Assembly: GCA_951406725.2 (NCBI GenBank)
Contig: OX597814.1
Coordinates: forward strand, 54,374,001-54,438,000
Direction of reading: 5' to 3'
DNA: 64,000 nt
Source of the DNA: Octopus vulgaris
Taxonomy: Eukaryota
The position numbers and the translations under genes were made by a program. Below are positions 51,345-62,150 of this stretch, in pieces. The first letter of the stretch is position 1. Every line of letters starts with the position of its first letter. Under the pieces are notes generated by a model, which worked only from the letters and a program-made list of their open reading frames with translations, did not search any database and was not told the origin of the DNA.

Positions 51345-54300
51345 GTTCATCAAAAGGCAAAAAGAGAGTTGCCAGAATGGATAAAGTGCTTGACGATCTT
51401 AATCGACAAAGGAAAGCCACTGAAGCTACAAAGGACCAGCGAAAGAAAGGTACCCCAAAGTCTGCTCGAGGATCAGCAGGTGGACGTTTTTTCTCATCAC
51501 CTCGAACGCCAATGTCTGCTGAAAAGTATGCGCCTTCTATAACACCACCAGGTACACCTCGATCTGTTGGAGCAAAGAGCTCACACAATCGTCTCTTGAG
51601 TTCTAAATACACTCCACCTTTACGTTCCACCTCCTCGTCTCCTCGTACATTATCCAGTCCCAAATCTCAAACTGGTCAGAGTGCAGAGAAAAATGCTGCA
51701 CAGACTACATCCACTGTTACTAAAGTTCCTCAAAGCACACTTCCAAGCGATGCTGAGTTCAATGCGACCGAAGTGACTCAAGCAGAATCAGTGGAAAGCC
51801 CCATCAAGACAAGTGGGTCATCCACTGGTTTGTCTATAGCCATGACCACTGCTGTCGTCAGCTCCTCGAAGTACACACCTCTAACCCAAGCTCTCATGAC
51901 TGAACCAATGGTAAGCTCTTACCCCTCTAATATAACTCTTTTTAATAAACCAAGGGTTTCTCTTCCACAAAATGTGCCACAATCACTATCTGGTACCACT
52001 ACAGCTAATGCTAGCTGTAACAGCACTACTACTACTACTACTTCTACTACTACTACTACCACCATTACTACTACCACCAGCACCACTTTGGCTCCTACTT
52101 CTCCTATTGGTGCACCTGCCAGCTCTCCTCTTTCTGCCACTGCACTTGCAGTATCTACTCAGGCTTCACACTTTGCCAGCAATACTCAACCAGCTCATTC
52201 GGTGGCAGGTATTTCACGATCTAGCATTTCCCTCTTCCCCCATCAGTCTGCCCAGGTTGCACAACAGCCTTCTGTGGTCAGAACAGCTCAATCCTATCTT
52301 GCTAATTCTCCTATGGCTCAACCTGTACAATCTCCTGCTCAGTCACCTTTGAACCAACATGCCCAATCACCAATGATGCATCCTGCCCACTCACCATTGA
52401 TCCAATCCGTACAGTCCCCTATGGCACAGCCTGTTCATTCACCCATGCCTCAACCTGTCCATTCACCTATGGCAAAACCTGTCCAGTCACCCATAGCTCA
52501 TCCTGTTATGTCTCCTATTGCCCAGTCACCTATCAGTCAAACTATTCACTCTCCAATGAGTCAACACACTCAGTCCCCTATGAGTCAGCACACACATTCT
52601 CCCATGACACAAATCTCAATGTCTCCTTTACAGCAGCCTGCTCTGTCCCCAATGAATCAACCTGTCCCGTCCCCTACTGCTGCCCAGTCTCCACTGTCTT
52701 CAGCTGCTCCATCACCTTTACAAACTGGTGCTCTGTCTCCAATTACACTCCAGTCCAATCCAATGGCTCAGACGGCTTCTGCACACCGGGTAGTCCAACA
52801 GAATCTACCCCAGACTGGTTTGATTACTAAACCCCGCCAGGCTGCTTCAGGCAAACCAAAGTTAAGTTCAGACAAATCTAAACATGTAGCCTCAGGTAAG
52901 CCAAGAGGTCCCCCAACTTCTCCATATGCTGCATCACCTGCAGCTAGTCAGCCTAGTTTTAGTTCTCTACAAGCCCAGCTTAGCCAGGGACTGCTGCAAC
53001 AGAAGGCTCAGTCTGCTCCACAGCAACTGTCTCAGGCTACTCAGCAGCAGATCAACCAGTTGCTTCAACAACAACAACAACAACAGCAGCAGCAACAACA
53101 ACAACAGCAGCAGCAACTACAACAGCAACAGCAGCAACAAAGATCCCAAGTGACATCACAACAAGTGATACAAGCTTCTCAGTTACAGGCTCAGACCTCA
53201 CTGGAACAGCAATTGCAGCAGCAGCAGCAATTACAGCAACAACAACAGCAGCAACAACAGCAGCAGCAGCAGTTGCAACAACAGCAGCAGCAACAGTTGA
53301 TACAAGCTTTAAGTCAACAAAATGTCAATCAACAACAGTTGAAACTTAGTTTAGCACAGCAGCAAATTTCGCAGCAACAGCAACAACAGCAGCATCAACA
53401 ACAACAGCAACAGCAATTACAGCAGCTACAACAACTGCAACAGCAACAACAATTGCAGCAACAGCTGCAACAACAACAGCTACAACAACAATTACAACAA
53501 CAACAGCAGCAGCAGCAGCAACAACAAACACCTCAAGTTGCTGGTCAGCAGGTGTCCGGTGTGCAGCAGTCGCAAAGTGTGATGCAGCAGCAGATAACCC
53601 AACAACTTACTCAGCTGATCAAACAACAGAAAACGCGACAGTTTGTCTCTCCGCAACGTGTTGCCCAGCAGCTTGCAAATCAAGCAGCATCTCAGAAGTT
53701 AGCACTACAACAGCAGCAACTGCAGCAGTTACAACAGCAGCAGCTGCAACAACAACAACAGATGCAGCAACAGCAGCTACAGCAACAACAGCAGCAGCAG
53801 TTGCAACAGCTTCAGCAGCTAGTTCTTCAACAACAACAGCAACAACAGCAGCAGCAGCAACAGCAGCAAGCTCAGATAGGAAACCAAACCCCAATAGGGC
53901 AAAGTTCACCCCAGTCTCAAGTAAGCCAGGCCTCTCCACAGTCAGTCCTTAGCCAACCCTCCCCACAAGCATCAGTAGGTCAAGCGTCTCCACAGACTCC
54001 ATCTAGTCAGGCTTCACCCCAGGCTGTCATTAGTCAATCATCTCCACAGGCCTTAATGGGTCAGACAATCTCCCAGCAAGCTGTTAGTCAGTCACCATCT
54101 CAGGAGCCCACTAGTAAGTTGCAGCTGAGTGCTGCAGCCTCGGTTCAGTTAGCAAAGCCAAGAGGAGCTCCTTCAGCTTTACAAGCAGCTTTGTCACAAA
54201 TGAACCGAGCCAGCCTTAGCCAGTATTTTCAGGCAGCCAAAGCCCGTGCAAACCAAGCAAATCACCCCCAGTTATTAAAATCCCTTTCTCTGACCACACA

Positions 54301-56470
54301 GGCTAACCAATTGCTTACATCTCAATCACAGCCAACTCAGTCTCCCACCACCCAAACTCTGTTTCACAACACTCAGATTCCTATCAGCTCAGCTCAAAAC
54401 ATTGCTCAGGTTAACGCTGCTACTCTTCACAATCAGTTATCTTCAAGAAGCCATGTTCCTTCAACTAATCCTTCTAATATTGCCCAATCACCTGTCACCT
54501 CTATATCACAGTCTCCTCCAGCTGGCACACAGCAATCTTCACTTCTGCGCAAGGATGATGTACTCACTGCACAAACTCTTGGAATTTCTCAAAATAAGAT
54601 TTCCTCACCAGATTACAAACTTTCCATTTTTACACAGGCCGCCACTCCACAAACAGGATCGTCAGGACCAATTTTGACCCGAAAGTCTTCTCTGAGCGGT
54701 AGCGAAGTAGATTTATCATCACAGGCAATTATGGAATTGAATGCAAACCAGTTAAGAAGTGTCGCTGTGTCTGGTCAATCTTCCAGTGGTGCCACCGCTA
54801 CAGCAACTTCACTCAGTCAAGGTGGTACTTTATTAACTCCACAAAGCAGAACTTTATCTCAGAACATACTGCAAACCAGTGGTGAAACTTCTGTTGCTCA
54901 GCAAGAGCGATTCACTCTAAGCTCTATGGTTCAGGGTGCTAACAATTTAACTAGCTCTAAACAAGTGCCTCATCAAAATGCATCTGAGGCAAATGAACCT
55001 TCGCCTTCAGCCACTCGGGAACGTTTGTCATTGTCATCTATGGTGCGATCATTTGACCTTAGTAGTCTGACACAACAAGAAAAGCAAACATTGTCATCTT
55101 TAATACAATCCAGAGAATTGTCATCACTTCAGAACCAAGAACGTTTTTCTCAACATTCAGAAGGAGACATCGTATCCCTTGCCCAACAGTACTCCAGTGT
55201 CCCAAAAGTCCAATCATCTGTTCCAGTGGGTTTCTCCCAATCCCATGCAGGGTCAATAGGAGATCCTGCTGTTACACAATCATATATGATGCCAAAGTCA
55301 GCAATAATTGGAAAGCCTCCTCCACCTTATTCAGTTGCTATTGCTGAGAAAGCACAAATGATTTTAACTTCCATCGCTGGACGAAAAGATGCCAATGCAA
55401 TAAGTCATCTTTCATCGGGTGTCGCTGATAAATCAAATGTAGCATTCGTTAAAGGGACTGAAATGTCATTGCCTTCATCCATTTCTTATAATTCTGGAGT
55501 TAATTGGAATACTTTACAAACTGTTTCAACTGATTCAGGAACTAATATTGTATCTAGTACACATACGATTACTACTCCACAGTCAGGTGTGAACTCTCTG
55601 GCAACCAACCAAATTTCACAACTTCTCCTCCAAAAGACACCAATGCAAACTGTGCAGCAATTTGATGCACAAAGAAAAGATGATAAACAAACGTTAGATT
55701 TAGTTAACACCTCTTTGTCTGCAGTTAGAGCTGCCATCTCTCAGTCTACCAGCAAAGAGAGTCCGTTAGTGCATAAAAAGGTATTAGGATTTTCTTCTGT
55801 GAAGAATTCAAGTAATGCCGTGAGTACACCTCAACAGTCAGATGTTGTCAACACTGTTGCGACCAATAACTCTTTACTGCAGCACATGCTAGTGTCTTCA
55901 GCAACAGAAGCTGCAACATCTGCATCAATACTCCCATCACTTCCCACCCAAGAACTTAATCTTCACAAGTTGTCTTTGAGTAGTGTTTCTCTTCCTAGCA
56001 GTACTGCCTTAACTCAGTCAACAAGCCACAGTTCTACTGCTGCCAGCCACATTTCAGCAGCAGCAGTATCAACATCAACAGCAACAACAACAGCACCCAC
56101 TCGTCCACGTCTAAACACTATTGCTGCTTTACTGAACATAGATTCAGGGCAGCGGACGCAAGCTGAATTACGGAAACTATCTTTGGCAGGTATCTCAGCA
56201 GATGGTTCCACGGGTATTTCAAATTTTGGACAAAGTTTAGGCATAGGTTCTGCTTCTAATTATTCTTCTGTTGTAACTACTGCTGGCAAAGCAATTACTT
56301 CTTTGAAACCTTTGACTATTGTAACTAGTAGTAATACTGTTGTTGCAGGTCATGCAGTCAAACCCCGACCTAAAATTGATGCTAATCAGTCAGTGGCCTT
56401 TTCAGAAAACACTTTTCAAAGTGATCAACAACAGCAACAATCTAGCAATGCTTCTGTTTCTGAATCTTAA
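51345..56470 (+). CDS. PAGR1: PAGR1 terminal exon (5126 coding nt): conserved C-terminal motif plus a ~1,680-aa low-complexity S/T/P/Q extension
   Basis: Acceptor ttcttttcaatccAG, phase 1. GSSKGKKRVARMDKVLDDLNRQRK aligns with recalled human GSS...KREARLDKVLSDMKRHKK. Open frame to TAA at 56468-56470. Confidence 0.92.
53040..53875 (+). repeat. Coding mixed CAA/CAG polyglutamine region
   Basis: Several long Q runs broken mainly by Leu, in frame within the terminal exon. Confidence 0.95.
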
Positions 56471-56608
56471 ATATTATTTCTCTTTTAAATGCAAATTTCT
56501 TTCTGTACAAAAAAGAAAAGAAAAAAATCAGAAAACAATGCAATTACAACAAAAATTGAGGAAGAAAGCTGTTTCTTAATATTTTTTTACTTTGTCTTGA
56601 CCAATTGA

Positions 56609-56721
56609 AATAAAATTGTTTGATCTGTGAAATTGAAAGGAAACAACATTGTATGTCAAGTATGAAATGAAATTCTGAGAAACTAGATGAACTTTTAAGT
56701 GTTAGAATCTCTTTGAATAAA
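56609..56721 (+). terminator. Candidate polyadenylation signals for PAGR1
   Basis: AATAAA at 56609-56614 and 56716-56721, 140-250 nt after the stop; the AT-rich context makes chance matches likely. Confidence 0.4.
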
Positions 56722-56844
56722 GTAAACAAATTTTGAAATAATCTAAAATTTAGAATTTAAAATTACATGGCTATACATGTGTGTGTGTGTGTGTGTATCA
56801 TCATCATCATCGTTTAACGGCCACTTTCCGTGCTAGCATGGGTT

Positions 56845-56979
56845 GATAATATATATGTATAATATAAATATCTATATATATATATATATATAATATAAAT
56901 ACATGTATAATATATATATATATATATATTATATTATATATTTATATATAAATATATTATATATATATATATATTGTAT

Positions 56980-57017
<38 letters not shown>

Positions 57018-57080
57018 TTTATATATATATATATATATTGTATGTTTATATATAAATATATATGTGTGTGTGTATGTATG
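56845..57080. repeat. Degenerate (TA)n-rich microsatellite
   Basis: Directly visible. Confidence 0.95.
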
Positions 57081-57977
57081 TAATGGTGAGCTACTAAAAT
57101 TTTAACTTGTTTGCGTAGCTGTCAAAACTTTAACAATCAGTTTACTTAGTTGCCAAAATTTTAGGCAAAAATTCTGAATTCAGCAATATAATATTAAATT
57201 GAGATGAAATCCAGTGTCAGGTGAATGTGGTAACAGTCTGTATCAGTAAAAAAATCAATTGGTATATGGTTGAGATTTATAAAATCTTTTGCTGTGGATT
57301 GTAGCAATACTGTTTTGTTGATTACCCTGTGTCTGAAAGTGAGGAAATTTGAACTAAACTTGATTGATTCTGTGGGGTGAGGGATGATATGAGAGTACAA
57401 AAAGCCAAGGAAGCATGCTGATGAAAGAGGAAGGTGAAAAAAGCTGAACATTAAGCTGATAAATTCATCCTTCAAACAATCACAAAAGGAGATGCAGTTA
57501 AAGTGACATGAAAGTTTTTTTTAGGAAGACAGCTACAATACATCAAACAACTGTTACAGTTAAGATAACTTGCTAAAATATTGCAGGGAGGAGAGTGAGA
57601 TAACAGTATAGAGATTGAGGAATGCTGGCAGAAGTGGTAGTGGGAACATATGCAAACAGACAATAACTCCCCAATACATAGTTACATGCATTCATTCACT
57701 GACATATTTCCTTGCTCTCATCACCGTAAATAACTTTGAACTATATTTTCGCAACTGAACATTAAATTAGAGATATTTATGCTGCAAATACAGTAACTTA
57801 AATCTTTCAAAGCATCAAAGGGCCAACTGAATTTTTGTAGTGTAGGTAGGTGGAGTCAGTTCACTGTGGCATAACAGATCAACTTTTTTGAGTCAGTCTT
57901 CAGTTTCTAGCAAAACTTTTTTTTTATGAGAACTGGTTGTTAACCAGTTCATGTGGACTGGAGCCAGCTCGCCGCTG
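57081..57977. mobile_element. Probable decayed TIR DNA transposon (hAT-like)
   Basis: Imperfect terminal inverted repeats TAATGGTGAGCT / AGCTCGCCGCTG. Confidence 0.4.
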
Positions 57978-59782
57978 TATATACATATATGCACAAATTT
58001 ATTACAATATGAAAGGGCATTTTTACTAATAATTTACTTTTATCAATATTTTTATATCAGAGATTTAATTTAGTGATATTATCTGAGAAGAAATTTTTCT
58101 TTTATAATAAACAATGATTGGAGAAAATAGTCGTTTAAATGCTTCTGAGAGAGAGAGAGGATTAGCCAGAAAATTCCAGAGTAATTGTACTTGTATGATT
58201 CTATCAAAGAATGCTGTTACCAATGTCTTCTGACTCTCATGGTGCTATATGTGTAAGTCACATTATTTTAATCAGTAAATAGCTATTGCCAGTGATATAG
58301 TGTAATGTGGCTGACTGTATAAGCCATCGTTTCCTTTCTAACATTAATTTTTATCTTACAACAATGTACAATATTAGAAATTACTAACTCTATTAAATAT
58401 TGTTCAAATACATCAAGGTTGACTTTGCCTGTCATCCTTTTGGGGTTGATAAAATAAGTATCATTGAGTGCTGGAGCTCCACAAATTTCTGACTTTGTGC
58501 CTATGTTAGAAATTGTCATTTTGACTATTATTATAACTATTAAAATCTTTAATATATTTACACATGTATATGTGATGGTGCATGTAGCATGTGTAAGTCA
58601 GGTATATATTCTTGCAAACATTATATATATTGTATAAGTGTATAATATATCCACTAACATATATGCAAATATGCCCACACTAGTGAATATTCACAAATGT
58701 GTAATGTATATATATATATATACATACATACATACACATAAACATGATACAAAAATATGCATGTAATATAGTGTAAATAAAGTAACTATATTTTATAAGT
58801 GGTTGGTATTTTTATAAGAGTTATAATTCTGTCGCTATTTTTATTAGGAATTATTGGCAAGTATTAAAATATTTAGTGTTTACCATTTTGTTCGTGGAAA
58901 ATGGTCTTTGAAAAATGGTAGGCCTGTACCAAATACTTTTCAAACTTTCTGTACTAATTAAATAAAAAAGAAAGAGAGTCTGAAATAATATTGCGAATAT
59001 TAGAGTTGAGTAAATAAACCCCAAAATTTTGAAGATTGATTACACAATGAGTAATAGTAATGAAATTAAAGATTTTGCTGCAATTCATAATTATGGTATA
59101 GCTTAACATTGACTTTATCCACTGGTTTTAATGAAGTCTCAGTTATTCAGAATTCTTCTCACCTTGCGCATCTTGGATTAGTTACCTGCTATGTACTGGT
59201 ACTGTTTGACCACATGTAAAATGTTAAAATATGACTGTATCCCAAATTAGCAAGTTATACTCTACAGTCTTGTCCAATATCCCCCCCCCCCCCTTTTTTT
59301 TATAATCACCACCACAATGTCATTTGGTGGATTCACCATTTCTGTACCACAACATAAACCCACTTAATTCAGCAGGCTTTCCACCAATTTTATTGTGTCC
59401 CTCTTCCCAAACTTCTATTCTTAATGAGTGCTTAATCCTCTCTTTCCAGATACTCATTTCTATCCTGTTGAATTCCTTCCTTACCTATGTTTTCTTCTCT
59501 TGGTCTAAATTCAAACTAAATATCACTTATGTTAATCTTATCAAAATGTCTTTCAGTTTAGGTGAGTCTGTGAAGACTGTTAACAATGCTAGTCTTCACA
59601 ATTAACTGATGAAAATTGTTTATTCATTGAGTACCCAAGGACTTGACCATTTCTTTGCTCTCTCCTCGAGATTGATCCAACTGGAATACTTAGCATTTGT
59701 TTAAGGACTTTCACAAGCCTTTCATCATTTTTGATGGTAACAGAGGGCAGGACTTGAATTAAGAAGGCACAGAAACAAAACA

Positions 59783-60284
59783 TACATTATTTACATTCAA
59801 CGGATATTTGTCCTCATCTTGTTTGTTGTTAACACAACGTTTCGGCTGATATACCCTCCAGCCTTCTTCAGGTGTCTTAGGAAAATTTCGAACCTGGGTT
59901 CTCATTCCTAAGGTATTTTTCAATGTTATTATTATTATTGTTAGTGTTCAGGTCACTACTTGGAATCAAACACAGAATCTTGGGGATAGTAGCCTGAGCT
60001 CTTAACCACTACGCCATATGTGGGCATATGGTATAGTGGTTAAGAGCACGGCCTACTAACCCCAAGATTCCGAGTTCAATTCCAAGCAGTGACCTGAACA
60101 CTAACAATAATAACATCGTAAAATACCTTAGGAATGAGAACCCAAGTTTGAAATTTCCCCAAGACACCCGAAGAAGGCTGGAGGGTGTATCAGCTGAAAC
60201 GTGTTAACAACAAACAAGATGAAGACAAATATCCGTTGAATGTAAATAATGTACATAATTCCTCATCTCTTAAATATAGAACTG
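59783..60284. mobile_element. Palindromic tRNA-headed, hammerhead-bearing non-autonomous retroelement (Penelope-type)
   Basis: Arms 59783-60020 and 60025-60253 are reverse complements around TGGG. Each arm has a tRNA-like head followed by a hammerhead motif; the right arm has an extra ~30-nt tail. Confidence 0.85.
59831..59876 (-). ncRNA. Minimal type I hammerhead ribozyme
   Basis: GACAC-CUGAAGA-A-GGCUG(GAGGGUAUAU)CAGCC-GAAA-CG-UU-GUGUU: 5-bp stem I, intact core with one extra A, 5-bp stem II, palindromic AACGUU stem III. Confidence 0.75.
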
Positions 60285-61387
60285 AACAAAACAGATATTA
60301 CCAAAATCTATTTCCTTGAAATGGTAAAAGACAAAACTAACGTAGGTGAGGTTTTAAATCAAGACACAGCTGAAACAAATACAAATATTCTATCCAATGC
60401 ACTAACAACCAATGTCCATAAAAGCAATAGTGAAGAAGATATTTGTGAAGTTGTTTGGTTAGTTTCAAGCACTTTGAACACACAGATGAGATGACAACCA
60501 AGATATGTAGAGAAATTTTGTGTTGTACATTCAGCCAACTAATAGTAAAGATAGGCAAAACCCTATATTTGAAATAGCCAGGCAAAAGTATACAACTACT
60601 TTGCTAAAAATATATACAACTAATACCTCTTAAGTGTTGTAATAAGGATGTCAAATGTAAAAATACTTCAACAAATTATTCAAATGTTTGAATTCTTCTT
60701 ATTTTTAAAATGCTACTTATCTAAGTTGTCTCTAAAATGGATATTAGGCTTCAAACTAATTTTTTATTTTTTTATACAAGCATAAGATTATTTAAGATAC
60801 GTAAAGAAACAACAGTGAGATGCTGTGATGTTTATTACTTCATTAGAATTTATGAACAATTTTAATGAAATGAAGCCTGTTGTGAAATTCAGTTTCCTGG
60901 AAACTTATCTTTGTCTTTTAATATCAATGCTACAATGACTTTCTATTCACCACAAATACATATATGTATGCTATTTACTTTATAAACAGTGTAGCCACAT
61001 ATTTTGTACATACTAATATACTTAACATTTTGCAGTCTTTTTTATGGTCAAAATTGACTTCTTTAAGTCAGCCATCATTTTTGCTTGATTTTTAAAAAAT
61101 TTCTATGATTTGAAGTAAATACCACATTGAATTTTTTACATTTGTTTATCTTTATTTTTGTCTCTCTCCCTCTTCAAAGCATGCTTATAAATGAATAATT
61201 CCTTCCTTACAAATACTCTGGTCTTTTGCTACACAAAGAAGAATGTATTAAGGGAAATATCCATTTATAAAATAAATAAAAAAAAACGTTACTGAAAAAT
61301 GAAAAAAATAATACATTTATATATGCCATAAAGCGTCATGCAGTATGAGAGGTGAATATATTTATTTAACTACTTGTCATTCTTAGG

Positions 61388-61420
61388 ATTACAGCTGTTT
61401 CACAGCCTTCATCATGTAAT
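61388..61420 (-). ncRNA. Degenerate minimal hammerhead-like motif
   Basis: AUUAC-AUGAUGA-AGGCUGU-GAAA-CAGCU-GUAAU: stem I AUUAC/GUAAU and palindromic ACAGCUGU; C3 replaced by A and stem II essentially absent. Confidence 0.45.
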
Positions 61421-61764
61421 AATAATTTCAATGTATAATAAATTATTTTATATATACTTCTAGTTTAGGGTTTTAATTCATATACTATTCATACACGCTC
61501 AAGAATGAAAGGAACATATAAAACACATTGGTAAACATGGGCACAAATTTAGACTGAACATCAAGTGGTAAGGAATCAAGATAAAGCAAGAAAGCATTTG
61601 ATTCAAAAGGTGAATTTAAGCTCAGTATAATTGTATCGCAATTGTGAGAATGCCTGAAAATTGTCTGAAGTGTTTACTGTGCTGTATAGGTAACAAAAGA
61701 ATGTATCTAAATATGATAAATTTAGACCAGTTGATAGTGTCTTTAATTAGAATAAAACATCCCA

Positions 61765-61915
61765 TAGGCATAGGAGTGATAAGTAGCTTGCTTACGAACC
61801 ACATGGTTCCAGGTTCAGTCCCACTGCGTGGCACCTTGGGCAAGTGTCTTTTACTATAGGCTTTGGCTGACCAAAGCCTTGTGAGTGGATTTGGTAGACG
61901 GAAACTGAAAGAAGC

Positions 61916-61968
<53 letters not shown>

Positions 61969-62150
61969 CCCAATATCACTTAACAACCGATGCTGGTGTG
62001 TTTACATCCCCATAACTTAGTGGTTTGGCAAAAGAGACCAATAGAATAAGTACTAGGCTTACAAAGAATAAGTTCTGGGGTCAGTTTGCTCTACTAAAGG
62101 CAGTGCTCCAGCATGGCCACAGTCACATGACTGAAACAAGTAAAAGAGTA
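61765..62150 (+). mobile_element. Full-length SINE family A with internal (TA)n(TG)n
   Basis: Same head, body and tail as 35440-35808. Confidence 0.9.

Noticed and set aside
51919-56244. Antisense and alternative-frame ORFs (poly-V/A/L) over the large exon
   Set aside because: Shadows of low-complexity codons in the real frame.
60022-60094. tRNA gene
   Set aside because: Acceptor and T stems do not pair properly, and it is mirrored within a repeat; treated as a SINE-type head.
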